From assembly GCF_006345805.1 (NCBI RefSeq), contig NC_043010.1, forward strand, positions 18,290,001 through 18,354,000: a stretch of 64,000 nucleotides of DNA. Direction: 5' to 3'. The stretch is from Octopus sinensis (lineage: Eukaryota). The translations under genes and the position numbers were made by a program. Positions 38,755-52,495 of the stretch are shown one piece after another. Every line of letters begins with the position of its first letter. The first letter of the stretch is position 1. Below the pieces are notes generated by a model. It ran no database searches. It saw only the letters and a program-made list of their open reading frames with translations, and was not told the origin of the DNA.

Positions 38755-39796
38755 GTGTGTGTATGTATGATATATTAATTTTTTATATATATATATATAT
38801 AATATATAATATATATATATATATATATATGTATGTTATGTATGTATATATATATTATAATATATATATATATATATATATATCTATATATATATATGTA
38901 TATATGTATATATATATATGTATATATGTATATATATATATATACTAAGTAATTAAGGGTTTAACAACGATTTGCCTCACCACACACCGACTTTAGAAAT
39001 AGCAGTCAAAAAGTTTTGGCTTTTCTTTCTACTTAAAAGGGAGATCCCAGTAAAACCAAAGCACTTAATTAATTAATTTCACCCTTTATTATTGATAATT
39101 ATATATATATACGACTATATATATATATATATATATATAGTCGTATAATACGGCCTATAGTACATACACACACACACACGTATATATGTATACACACATA
39201 CATATGAATATGAGTGTGTGCGTGCTTTTGTATGTATGTATGTATAAATATATATATATATATAGGGTAAACAGTAAAAATAATTACAGACATGGACAAG
39301 AACATGAAACACCACAGAGACGACACAAGAACCACAGGACGGGACATTCGAAGCCCTCGATATATATATATAATATATATATATATATAAAAGAGTATAA
39401 AGGGGCTAAGTTATCCGGGTAGATACCCGAATTATTTCATAGACTGAAATACGTGCAGGCTATCCATATCATTCGAATTACTTAGTACACAAGTATAAAT
39501 CTCCACCCGCCTCTTCGTTTCCAATCATAAATATACATTTACATACATGTGTGTGTGTGTATGTGTGTGTGTGTGTATACATGTATATGATTCGGTAAGG
39601 AGCCTGTGAAAATGGAGTCGATTCAAACTGCTTTGAATTATAAATACATGGAACTCCTACGAAATGTATTGAGTACCTTTTTCTTTCGTTTGTCCACTCA
39701 CACGTATACAAACGCGCGCACACACACACACACACATGTATGTATTCATACATATACACATATGCGTATATAACTATGCATATATTTGTGTATATA

Positions 39797-40112
39797 GTGG
39801 GTGGCTAAGTGGTTAGGGCATTCGGCTCACGATCGTAAGGTTGTGAGTTCGATTCCCGGCGGCGCGTTGCGTCCTTAAGCAAGACACTTTATTTCACATT
39901 GCTCCAGCTGGGGGCAAGAATGAATTATACCTGTAATTCAAAAGGGCTCAGCTTTTGTCACATTCTGTACCGTTCTGATTCTCCCTGAGAATTACGTTAG
40001 AGTTACGCGTGTCTGTGGGGTACTCAGCCACTTGCACATTAATTTCATGAGCTGGCTGTTCCGTTGGTCGGATCAACTGGAACACTCATCGTCGTAAACG
40101 ACGGAGAGCCAG
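39797..40112 (+). mobile_element. SINE family C, full length
   Basis: A-box TGGCTAAGTGG, B-box GAGTTCGATTCC; body shared with 21650-21992. Confidence 0.85.
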
Positions 40113-40319
40113 TGAATTAGGTGGTGTAGTTTGTAGGGTGTTGTACTCATGATCATAAGGTCGTGGTTTCGATTCCCAGTCCACTCTGATTGGGGGTAAT
40201 GTTGACCCACCCACCCACCCAACCAGTGGGGTAGCATCATTCGAAAGCTTAAAAAATGTGAAGAGGCGCATTGTGATCAACGATATATAACGACATCGGA
40301 CAGTCTGGTCGATACCGTG

Positions 40320-40892
40320 ATATATGTGTGTATATATGTGTATTTATGCGTGTATGTGTATGTGTGTGACTAGATATGTGAGTGTATACATATGCATACA
40401 TATATACATACATACATGCATACATGCATACATACATACATACATGCATATATGCATACATACATGAATACATACATACATGCATATATGCATACATACA
40501 TACATGCATACATGCATACATACATACATACATGCATATACGCATACATACATCCACGCATACATATATACATACATGCATACATGCATACATACATAAA
40601 TGCATGCATACATACATACATACATACATGCATATATGCATACATACATAAATGCATGCATGCATGCATGCATACATACATACATACATACATACACACA
40701 TACATACATACGTTCGTACATATGTGCGTGCATACATACATACATACATGCATACATACATGCATACATACATACATACATGCATCCATACATACATGCA
40801 CACATACATACATGCATACATACATGCATACATACATACATACATACATACATACATGCATACATACATACATACATACATACATACGTATG
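40320..40892. repeat. (TACA/TGCA)n tetranucleotide satellite
   Basis: Directly visible; an opposite-strand equivalent lies at 45570-46035. Confidence 0.95.
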
Positions 40893-41214
40893 TCATTATT
40901 CAGTCTTATTTCAAGATTTCTTGGCAATAAAGAATCGGTTTCTAACCTAAATCCAAGGCTTCTTCATTGGAATTTAAACACCAACAATGGGGTATTTTTG
41001 AGTGTATGTATATATATGTGCAGGAAAAAAAATCCTTCCCAAAAGATCAGTAACATCCTGATAAAAGATTTTATAACTTTTAAAAAAAATAATCGTTTAA
41101 AAACAATCTCCTTTATTCTTAAAAACTGTTTTAATTAATTTCCACAAAGACTTTCGAATATATATATATATATATATATACGTATGTATATATTATACAT
41201 ATATCTACGTATAT

Positions 41215-41421
41215 CCTCTTTTACTCTTTTACTTGTTTCTGTCATTTGACTGCGGCCATGCTGGAGCACCGCCTTTAGTCGAGCAAATTGACCCCGGGAC
41301 TTATTCTCTGTAAGCCCAGTACGCGTTCTATCGGTCTCTTTTGCCGAACCGCTAAGTGACGGGGACGTAAACACACCAGCATCAGTTGTCAAGCGATGTT
41401 GGGGGGACAAACACAGACGCA

Positions 41422-41461
<40 letters not shown>

Positions 41462-41681
41462 ACACATATATAATATATATAACATATATATATATATAAT
41501 ATATATATATATACATATATACGACAGGCTTCTTTCAGTTTCCGTCTACCAAATCCACTCACAAGGCATTGGTCGGCCGGGGCTATAGCCAGAAGACACT
41601 TGCCCAAGATGCCACGCAGTGGGACTGAACCCGGAACCATGTGGCTGGTTAGCAAGCTACTTACCACACAGCCACTCCTCG

Positions 41682-41683
<2 letters not shown>
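41215..41683 (-). mobile_element. SINE family B, full length, with internal (CA)n/(TA)n
   Basis: Head GGCGAGGAGTGGCTGTGTGGTAAG, GGGTTCAGTCCC B-box-like motif, tail AAGTAAAAGAGTAAAAGAG. Confidence 0.88.
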
Positions 41684-41727
<44 letters not shown>

Positions 41728-41730
<3 letters not shown>

Positions 41731-44545
41731 AAAGGGCTTAGTAAAATAAATTACTTTGCCGCATACTGAACTCATTAGAAATAGCAGCTAAAAAACTTTT
41801 TTAAAGCTATTTCTAATACTTAAGAAAATCTCTCTCATATATAGTGTTTGCTTAATTCAACCCACAAAAGTTTGGGGGTAAGGACATCGAAAAATCAAAT
41901 GCTAAGGTTATTCGAGAACGTACGTTTCAAGATTAGTCAAAACAACCATTTCTATCATCGGCTCAGAAATTCCTTGGTTTGGATTTGGAAACACTGAAAA
42001 TAAGAACATACCCTTTCGAAGATCTGCTCCCAAAATAACAGTGCCAACAAATTCAAATAAGCAAGCGAAGAATCTCTGTTCTCTCCTTTCCACCAGCGTG
42101 GGTTAAAATCATCAAACACTATGCTTATTTCGGTAAAATCCGAAGCATTAATCAGAGGGAGATTAATTATAATTTCAACAATTGAGGGCAAAATTAATTA
42201 ATTATTAATCAATTTCACCAAAGGTTCAGTATGCAAAGGGACCATTCAAGGCGAATTCAAATTATACATTATATAAAAGGGCTTAGTAAAATTAAATTAC
42301 TTGCCGCATACTGAACTCATTAGAAATAGCAGCTAAAAAACTTTTTTAAAGCTATTTCTAATACTTAAGGAAAATCTCTCTCATATATAGTGTTTGCTTA
42401 ATTCAACCCACAAAAGTTTGGGGGTAAGGACATCGAAAAATCAAATGCTAAGGTATCGAGAACGTCGTTTCAAGATAGTCAAACAACATTTCTATCATCG
42501 GCTAGAAATTCCTTGGTTTGGATTTGGAAACACTGAAAATAAGAACATACCCTTTCGAAGATCTGCTCCCAAACAGTGCCAACAAATTCAAATAAGCAAG
42601 CGAAGAATCTCTGTTCTCACCTTTCCACCAGCGTGGGTTAAAATCATCAAACACTATGCTTATTTCGGTAAAATCCGAAGCATTAATCAGAGGGAGATTA
42701 ATTATTAATTTCAACATTGAGGGCAAAATTAAAATAGCTTTAAAAAAGTTTTTTAGCTGCTATTTCTAATGAGTTCAGTATGCGGCAAAGTAATTTATTT
42801 CTAAGCCCTTTTATATATGTAATAATTTGAATTCGCCTTGAATGGTCCCTTTGCATACTGAACACTTGGTGAAATTGATTAATAATTAATTAATTTTGCC
42901 CTCAATTGTTGAAATTATAATTAATCTCCCTCTGATTAATGCTTCGGATTTTACCGAAATAAGCATAGTGTTTGATGATTTTAAACCCACGCTGGTGGAA
43001 AGGGGAGAACAGAGATTCTTCGCTTGCTTATTTGAATTTGTTGGCACTGTTAGTTGGAGCAGATCTTCGAAAGGGTATGTTCTTATTTTCAGTGTTTCCA
43101 AATCCAAACCAAGGAATTCTGAGCCGATGATAAAATGTTGTTTTGACTATTCTTGAAACGTACGTTCTCGAATAACCTTAGCATTTGATTTTTCGATGTC
43201 CTTACCCCCAAACTTTTGTGGGTTGAATTAAGCAAACACTATATATGAGAGAGATTTTCTTTAAGTATTAGAAAAAAGAAATAGCTTTAAAAAAGTTTTT
43301 TAGCTGCTATTTCTAATGAGTTCAGTATGCGGCAAAGTAATTTATTTTACTAAGCCCTTTTATATAATGTAATAATTTGAATTCGCCTTGAATGGTCCCT
43401 TTGCATACTGAACACTTGGTGAAATTGATTAATAATTAATTAATTTTGCCCTCAATTGTTGAAATTATAATTAATCTCCCTCTGATTAATGCTTCAGATT
43501 TTACCGAAATAAGCATAGTGTTTGATGATTTTAACCCACGCTGGTGGAAAGGGAGAAGACAGAGATTCTTCGCTTGCTTATTTGAATTTGTGGCACTGTT
43601 AGTTGGGAGCAGATCTTCGAAAGGGTATGTTCTTATTTTCAGTGTTTCCAATCCAAACCAAGGAATTTCTGAGGATGATAGAAATGTTGTTTTGACTAAT
43701 CTTGAAACGTACGTTCTCGAATAACCTTAGCATTTGATTTTTCGATGTCCTTACCCCCAAACTTTTGTGGGTTGAATTAAGCAAACACTATATATGAGAG
43801 AGATTTTCTTTAAGTATTAGAAATAGCTTTAAAAAAGTTTTTTAGCTGCTATTTCTAATAGTTCAGTATGCGGCAAAGTAATTTATTTTACTAAGCCCTT
43901 TTATATAATGTAATAATTTGAATTCGCCTTGAATGGTCCCTTTGCATACTGAACACTTGGTGAAATTGATTAATAATAATTAATTTTGCCCTCAATTGTT
44001 TTTGAAATTATAATAATCTCCCTCTGAAATAATGCTTCGGATTTTACCGAAATAAGCATAGTGTTTGATGATTTTAAAACCACGCTGGTGGAAAGGGAGA
44101 CAAGATTCTTCGCTTGCTTATTTGAATTTGTTGGCACTGTTAGTTGGGAGCAGATCTTCGAAGGGTATGTTCTTATTTTCAGTGTTTCCAAATCCAAACC
44201 AAGGAATTTTGAGCCGATGATAGAAATGTGTTTTTTGACTAATCTTGAAACGTACGTTCTCGAATAACCTTAGCATTTGATTTTTCGATGTCCTTACCCA
44301 CCAAACTTTGTGGTTTAATTAAGCAACCTATATATGAGAGAGATTTTCTTTAAGTATTAGAAATAGCTTTAAAAAGTTTTTTAGCTGCTATTTCTAATGA
44401 GTTCAGTATGCGGCAAAGTAATTTATTTTACTAAGCCCTTTTATATAATGTAATAATTTGAATTCGCCTTGAATGGTCCCTTTGCATACTGAACACTTGG
44501 TGAAATTGATTAATAATTAATTAATTTTGCCCTCAATTGTTGAAA
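41728..44545. repeat. ~545-bp unit tandem array with an internal orientation switch; each unit carries a hammerhead-like motif
   Basis: Unit marker AAAGGGCTTAG at 41731 and 42276; inverted units start at ~42732, 43280, 43822, 44362. Motif TGAG-CCGATGA-(26 nt)-GAAA-CGTACGT-T-CTCG. Flanked by (TA)n on both sides. Confidence 0.85.
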
Positions 44546-44560
44546 TATATATATAAGATA

Positions 44561-44604
<44 letters not shown>

Positions 44605-44647
44605 ATATATATATACGTATGTATATATTATACATATATCTACTATA

Positions 44648-45043
44648 TTCTCTTTTACTCTTTTACTTGTTTCAGTCAGTTGACTGCGGCCATGCTGGAG
44701 CACCGCCTTTAGTCGAGCAAATCGACCCCAGGACTTATTCTTTGTAAGCCAAGTACTTATTCTATCGGTTTCTTTTGCCGAACCGCTAAGTTACGGAGAC
44801 GCAAACACACCAGCATCAGTTGTCAAGTGATGTTGGGGGGACAAACACAGACACACACCACACACACACACACACACATGACGGGCTTCTTTCAGTTTCC
44901 GTCTACTAAATCCACTCACAAGACTTTAGTCGGCCCGAGGCTATAGTAGAAGACACTTTGCTCAAGGTGCCACACAGCGGGACTGAACCCGATACCATGT
45001 GATTGGTAAGCAAGCTACTTACCACACAGCCACTCCTACGCCT
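44648..45043 (-). mobile_element. SINE family B, full length
   Basis: Same head, body and tail as 41215-41683. Confidence 0.88.
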
Positions 45044-47152
45044 ATATGTATATATTCACTCGACTCACACGCATACACACACACAAACACACACATACAA
45101 ACACGAACACACACACACCTAGACACTCACTCACACACACACACCTAGACACTCACTCACACACACACACACACCACACACAGATATACATACATTAATA
45201 CACTGAGATGCACCTTCTCAGAAATGCATATTTATATTAATGGGTGAATATATTTGCTTATTAATTTGTGTGTTTATATATATTTATGAGGGAGAAGAGA
45301 GTTTGAGAGGGGAGAGGACAGTAGGGTGGGAAGAGGTGTAATTGAGGAGTAGAAAGAGATGCTGTGATGACGCTATTAATTACTAAATTACACAAAGTGT
45401 TTGTTAATTAGTCAGCTGTCGGTACATTTGATCTAGTTAACTACGGCGTCTTTTCCATAGAAGTATAGGGTTTCACATTCTATGGTGTTACTGGTGGTGG
45501 TGGTGGTGGTGGGGTGGTGTTGTTGGCTGTACTTGTGTGTGTGTATATATATATAGGCGTTTAAGAATGTGTTTATATATGTATGTATAGATGTATGTAT
45601 GTGTGTGTATATGCGTGTTCATACGTATCTACTTGCGTATATATGTGCGTGTTTATACATAAGTATATATGTGAAATGTGAGTATACACACACACGTATA
45701 TAAATGTATATATAAAAATATGTGTGTGTATGCATGTGTGTGTATATATGTATGTATGCGTGTATGCGTGTATGCGTGTATGTATGTATGTACGTATGTA
45801 TGCATGGATGTATGTATGCATGCATGTATGTATGTATGTATGTATGTGTGTGTGCATGCATGTATGCATGTATGTATGCATGTATGCATGTATGTATGTA
45901 TGTATGTATGTATGTATGTATGTATGTATGTACGTATGTATGTATGCATGTATGTATGTATGCATGTATATATGTATGCATGTATGCATGTATGCATGCA
46001 TATATGCATGTGTGTGTGTGTGTATGTGTGTGTGTCTGTACCATTTCCTGTGGTGAGTTCAAATCAGCATAAAACACCTCAGAAAAATATTTATTCATTC
46101 AAAACAGAATCCCCATTGTTGTTAGCAAATAACGTTTTCCCGCCTCAAAACTAGTTTTCTGATTCCCCAGGCATAAATCATGTTGTTTAGACGATAAAAA
46201 TGTTTAGAGTGCCGTTTCGACATCGTCCCAAACAACCAGATATAATATGTATGGTTGCCCACTTATGATCTGCGTTTGCCCTAACAACAACAGAAAATAA
46301 AACAATGGCAAAATATAAAGACACAGTATACACCAAATAAGTAAATGATAGCATAAATGAATGCATTGAAGGACGTAGAGAAAGCAAAAGAAGGATAAGA
46401 AAACTCAAAAGGAAAAAAATTACACTCAGAATAAAACAAATGAGACCCAGTCTTTAGATGTAAAAGATACAGATAGAAACCAAAAACAGATACTTCTCGT
46501 CGGTAAAGAGCGAAGTTTGAGACAACCAATGCGTGTGTCTAGACGGAGAGAGTAGATGCTCACAGAACATTACTGAGATGACAGTCGTATAATTACTCTT
46601 TAGAAGAGTATTGGAATCTCGTCCACAGATTTAGTATCAGGGAAAGAAACGCACTGAATAAAATTAATTACGGATATTCCAACAAGGCAAATAAACTGAG
46701 CTAAAAGAGAATACGGACGCAAATAGATAACAGCAAATACGTTAAAGAAGACACCCAATAAAAGTACAAACTCAAATATAAAATTCTTAATATTAACCGA
46801 ATGCATAACAACCATCGAACATAGGAATCCATAATGAAAAACTCATGAAACGGTGCGCAAAAGGAATCGAACCTGATCATATTTTGAGAAGTTTGTTTTT
46901 TGTCGATAAATGAAAGAATTTGCACTTTTATCAAAACATACTACCAGTTTCGTTCGCTTTAAAAGTCAATTTAATCAGACTGAAATAAAGGAAAAAAGGG
47001 AAATTAAGCTGAAAAAATAAATGGAAATTAATCCTTCATGATATCAGTTCTGGAAGTGCTCATGTTTTTCTTACGAAAATCACATGGTACAGGAATTTCA
47101 TTTTCTTCTGATTGCTGACAGTAGTAGTATCAGCAGCAGCAGCAGTAGCAGT

Positions 47153-47211
<59 letters not shown>

Positions 47212-47469
47212 GCATCCAGCAACAGGACCTCCGGTCGAACAATGATGATGATGAGTAGTAGTAGTAGGAACAGTTCAAGTAGTGGCTATTGTAGTCATGG
47301 TAGCGGTTTTGTCAGTCTAACTAATAACAGCAGTGGTGTTTTCAGCAAAGGTTGCAGTTGTGGTGGTAGTACTTGTCATCACAGTTATTATATCGGTATT
47401 TGGTTATGAAAGTTGTTTCTTTGTTGATGCGTTGTTGCTGCTGTTGTTGTTGTTGAGTTGTGCATCACT

Positions 47470-49530
47470 AAACGAATAAAGGGGAAAATCATAAAAATGT
47501 TCTTCTTTCCTGTCAATGTGTGTAAGTGTTCACTGAGTCCTGTATGTATTCTTTTATTTAATTTATGATTTATGCAAACTTATGCGTTGTCTTAATGATC
47601 CTGCCACTTGTCCTATGTAATTCTCTTTATGTCCTGAGCATGTCATTGTATAGATTAGGTTTTCAGATGCAAGGTTAAGTTTTTTTTAAATTCTGAAAAG
47701 ATATCTTTGTTTGAAAAGGATCTCCGATTTTTCTGTCAGATTTAGTCATATTTCACAGTTGGGTGTTCTGCATTTTCTTTTGTACTGTTTGTTCTGTTGC
47801 TATTGTTTGAAGTTTGGCCTTTGTTAGTATACACTCCGTTGATTAGTTGTCTTTTGCTCTTTAAGATGGTAGGTGTCTAGAGGATTTTGTTCAGCGTGGG
47901 GTCCTTTTTTTAGTGTCGGTATGTTTTGGGATATGATGTTGCAAGCTTCATTGTTTTGAGAGATTGTTGACGGAAATATATGGTAGGGCTATCAATTCCG
48001 ATGTATCCTTTGTTTTGTTTGTCTTGGATACTGAATTTCTTGGCTCATTCTATACCATTATCGATTAAGGATGGCGGGTAATTCTTGTCATGGAACGTAT
48101 CCTTCAATTTTTATACCACGAAAGTTTGTATTTCTCTATGCTTTCATTCTATAGAAGGAAGTAGTCGGTGTATCTTTTCCAGTTCTTTTGTTTACATTAA
48201 AGAAAAAGTTCTCATATTTTCGTAGTGGTTTTCCCCCTGTACATTGTAATCTTCAGATGACCCATAACTAGATTTGCAAAGGTGGGGGACTGTTTCCGTC
48301 CCCATCACAGTCCCAGATATTTGTCGAAAAATGTAGGCATGGAACATAAGGTAGATATTCTCTAAAATAAATTTTAGCTCTTCCACTATAACTTCATTTT
48401 TATGGGATGAGGAAGCTCACACGTATAATTATTCAACCGAAGTTTATGGTCTCAATTCCAAAGTCGTTAGGGATGTCTGAATAAAGCTTCATTGACTGTT
48501 TCGGGGAGATGGTCTAGCATATTTAAGTCATCTCTTAGGAAATTTCTATGCTTGAGGAATAGTTTGAGCAGGATATCTAAAAGTTATTCAGTCGGTAGGT
48601 TTCCCATGCTGGACCGATTATCATCGGTTTTAATTTGGTGAGGAGACATTGATGTATATGTCAGCGGCTTCTTTGCCTACTTAACTTACTTTTTTTCACT
48701 TTTGTGAACTGTTTGTACGCTACACAAAAGGCTAGATTTACATCTGATGTTGGTTATCTTCCTTATTGGTCCTTTTCGGTATAAGTTTATGAATATTTTA
48801 AAGTTTCTAATTTTTTTGTTGACTGCTGTTTGGGACCATTTCATAGCAGGCATCGTTCTTCTGAGATGGATAACACCGATTTTATAATAGTCTCCTTTCA
48901 TCAAGGGCAATGCATTTCCTTTACCAGCCTCTTTAATTGTTACTTTTTTTTTTTACAATTTATTAAATTTATGTCGCCCCATTCACTTCTGTTGAAGTTT
49001 GATGTGGGGGTTTTGTTTGTGTGTTTATTGATACGGATATATACATTCAGAGAAATCGTTAAGGGTTTTGTTCCTACCTTTTGGTGAAGTGTAGTTGCAG
49101 ATATTTCTTATCTTCGATTCGTCGTATTTGTCGTTCAGTTCTTCGCTGAGACTTAATTTTCTGCAGAATTCAGAAATATCGTCTTTCATTTCATTGTAGC
49201 TGTGTCTTTGACGGATTTCTGTGAGTTTGAGTCCTTCAGAGAATATTCTAATTTGTTGCGTCATGGATTTCTTTCTTTGATAAACTTGTTATTATTTTTG
49301 GCTCCTCTTGTTTGTACAGTCGAGTATCCCAGTTGCTCTGCCCATGGTTTAAAACCTGGTTATAGTAATGAGGTTAGTTGATGGCCTTAATATATCTCCT
49401 ATATTTGTGGTTTACAGGGGTTGGTTTGCTGTACAGGACTGTTGGTCGATTTACTGAATTTTAAGTTTCGTTGGTGTGTTTCGGAGAGATTTTGTTGATT
49501 GTTTCCCCTTGTGGGTACAAGGAGGACTCG
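47470..49530 (-). mobile_element. Penelope-like element remnant (RT + GIY-YIG endonuclease)
   Basis: N-terminal MKDDISEFCRKL...NYTSPKGRNKTL; RT motif LKFILENIYLMF...RQISGTVMGT; GIY-YIG ENLIYTMTCSGHKENYIGQVAGSLRQRISLH (~47660-47560). Many stops and indels. Confidence 0.88.
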
Positions 49531-49814
49531 CGTGATCGGCATTATAATTTAAATAATTTAAAACACACCTCCATATTATTGCAGAGACGAAATTGGCGTT
49601 TTAAGTGAAAGAAACCAGAAGCATATTTCGATAAAATTATATATTCTTCCCTTCTTTTATACCTAGTTCTAAAAGCATTTTTTTACTTTTGATTTTAAAA
49701 CAAATATGTGTATGTATGTATGTATGTATGTATGTATGTATGTATGTATGTATGTATGTATGTATGTATGTATGTATGTATGTATTGTATATATATCATA
49801 TAGATATAATATAT

Positions 49815-50130
49815 ATGGAAGAACTTCTATCAAACTTTGACACCCAAAGTTACACAAACAGCAGAATGGGGCGCCACTGCATAGTGTCAAAGATCCCAAT
49901 ATCGCCATCAAGGTAAAGGAGCAGATTCTGCAACAGCTTAGGTCTTAAGAGCCAAGAGCTCTTCAATATCCACCCTCAAATCCTAAGAGGCCTACATGCG
50001 GTGGATGTAGGTGTCTTCAAAACAAAACTGGATCTACCCCTGTCAAGAGTTTCGACAAACCTACCTCGTGGTAGGAAACACAATTGAGGACAAAAATTAT
50101 CAATCTGCCTTATTTACCAAATGCCACATC
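49815..50130 (+). mobile_element. CR1/L2-group LINE 3' fragment
   Basis: SYTNSRMGRHCIV...NSLGLKSQELFNIHPQILR...FKTKLD resembles the conserved C-terminus of this group. Confidence 0.65.
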
Positions 50131-50198
50131 TGAGAAGAGGTTAAAGTAGGGAAAATGTAGCAAAGATAATAGTCATGCCGCTAATAAAATATAAAAGA

Positions 50199-50261
<63 letters not shown>

Positions 50262-51358
50262 AATTAGTAAATAAATGGCACAACTAAGTACCGATATTTA
50301 CTGGAAATATATATATATATATATATACATATTTATAAAAAATAAGTTTGAAAACGTGACTATATAAGATAAATTTTAATTTTCTTCGAAATTTTACATG
50401 TTTCGGTTCTTCTTGAAAAAACGAACCGTATCAAAAATATTTAAAAAAGTTAAGTGTTATAAAAAAGTTTATAATTGTTTCTTACTGGTCTCAACAGAAT
50501 CCACGTGGTGGTTTTTTGTGGGGAGTAAGCATAATAGCTGTCTTATGTGTTCGAATAAAACTAAGGTAAATGGTCAGTGGCTGAAATGGCAGTAGCAGCA
50601 GTGACTGTTGGTTGTAGTAGTAGTAACCGTGGTGGTGGTGGTTGTTGTTGGGGTTGCAGCAGCTCATATATATATATATAGCTATCTAGAGGAGAGTAAA
50701 AGAGATATGAGACAAATTGAAGATGGCTCCTAGATGTTTGATTTGTATTGGTCAACTCAGGTCACATGATGTCATTGGTGTGGCGGCCCCACGTGCATGA
50801 ACTTATCTAATACAATCTTATTGTTGCCCCAAGAGGTACGCTCTGATAATGAACTTGAAACCACAGGCAGCCGACAATCCAGATATATCACCATTTTAGA
50901 GTATTTAGTTCCTCCTGCCCGTATAGATTACAACCCCAACCATGTTGGATGGGGCTGTCAGCTAACATAAACAGCGTACACTTGCGTAAACGATTGTTGT
51001 CGCTAATGTATTAACATTTCCCTGAACGATGAGTGAACTACAAACCTAGGACAAGGCCCTCACCTCACCATAACTGGTATCATAACTGGTAGTTTTCCGG
51101 ACTACAGTTATCTACCAACATGCTTTCCGAGCGCAAGTATAAGAGAACTGTTGTCGCTTCCACATCAACAACACTTTCGCGACCTGTGGCTGACCAACAT
51201 CTACAAGCTATCTTGAATTGGTCTCTTATCAGCTTCACACCTCTCGAGATGCCTGACAAGAGAACTTACGAAACTGTAAGTCGCATGCAGTTTATGAAAT
51301 TATATTTATAACTCTTATCAAATGTGGGGAGTGCCACTTTCTTTCGTTTATCTGCTCG

Positions 51359-51404
<46 letters not shown>

Positions 51405-51490
51405 GTGTGTGTGTGCGCGCGCGCGTGCGTACGTGTGTGTGTGTAATATATGATGTATATATGTGATATCATATATATATCATATCATAT

Positions 51491-51535
<45 letters not shown>

Positions 51536-51538
<3 letters not shown>

Positions 51539-52436
51539 TGCCGAGTGTTTGTTTATATTCGCATACTACATGATGAATTTATTCGTAAAATTCCCGGCAT
51601 GCCCGTGTAAATTTTGCGTCTGCGCAGAGATTTGAAAAGTTAAGATCTGCTAGTAGTCGGGTTTAACACATAGTCCCACATCGCTGCAGACCTCGATTAA
51701 ATTCAGGCGACTCGCTGATGAAGCTGGCTTAGCAAACATATTCTGTGTTTTGCTAGAAAGAAGCAGAAACCGCGGTACGAGTTGTTAAAGTTATCGGTAA
51801 ACGTTTTTGATTTTCACTCTCGATAAATTCATCCCCTTTTTGTGTTCCAGCACTCGGCATCTTTATTTAGGAGCCCTTAATTGTATAACTACATGAATAA
51901 TATTTTTCTATATGAATAATTTTTGTCTTATGACTAATTCGTCTTTTGTGCTGGGCACCTGGGTAGTAATAATATTACTACCCTTCTGTTTATATTCGCA
52001 TACTACATGATGAATTTATTCGTAAAATTCTTCCCGGCATGCCCGTGTAAATTTTGCGTCTGCGCAGAGATTGAAAAGTTAAGATCTGCTAGTAGTCGGG
52101 TTTAACACATAGTCCCACATCGCTGCAGACCTCGATTAAATTCAGGCGACTCGCTGATGAAGCTGGCCTTAGCAAACATATCTGTGTTTTGCTAGAAAGA
52201 AGCAAAGAACGCGGTACGAGTTGTTAAAGTTATCGGTAAACGTTTTTGATTTTCACTCTCGAAAATTCATCCCCTTTTTGTGTTCCCAGCACTCGGCATC
52301 TTTATTTAGGAGCCCCTTAAGTATAACTACATGAATAATATTTTTCTATATGAATAATATTTTTGTCTTATGACTAATTCGTCTTTTGTGCTGGGCACCT
52401 GGTAGTAAGTAATATTACTACCCTTCTTGTTATATT

Positions 52437-52440
<4 letters not shown>
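51536..52440 (+). repeat. ~440-bp tandem duplication of a pLTR-like unit with a degenerate hammerhead motif
   Basis: Unit start TGTT(T)ATATTCGCATA at 51550, 51987, ~52428. CTGATGA-A-GCT-loop-AGC-AAAC at ~51716 and ~52154. Flank GATGCCGAGTG is the reverse complement of internal CACTCGGCATC. Confidence 0.75.
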
Positions 52441-52488
<48 letters not shown>

Positions 52489-52495
52489 TATCTAC

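Noticed and set aside
41181-41215. Shared flank CGTATGTATATATTATACATATATCTAC also at 44616, suggesting a segmental duplication around the array
   Set aside because: The adjacent SINE bodies differ at many sites; more simply a subfamily tail.
41728-44545. CRISPR-like or protein-coding repeat (repeated ORF MPSIVEIIINLPL...)
   Set aside because: Units are wholly repeated with no unique spacers, no cas genes, and frames break differently in each copy.
50755-50800. TCACATGA (M-box-like) and CACGTG E-box cluster as an eye/pigment enhancer
   Set aside because: Short motifs expected by chance; no conservation data.
51120-51311. ORF with an internal GTAAGT donor as a plus-strand exon
   Set aside because: No recognisable homology, acceptor or partner exon.
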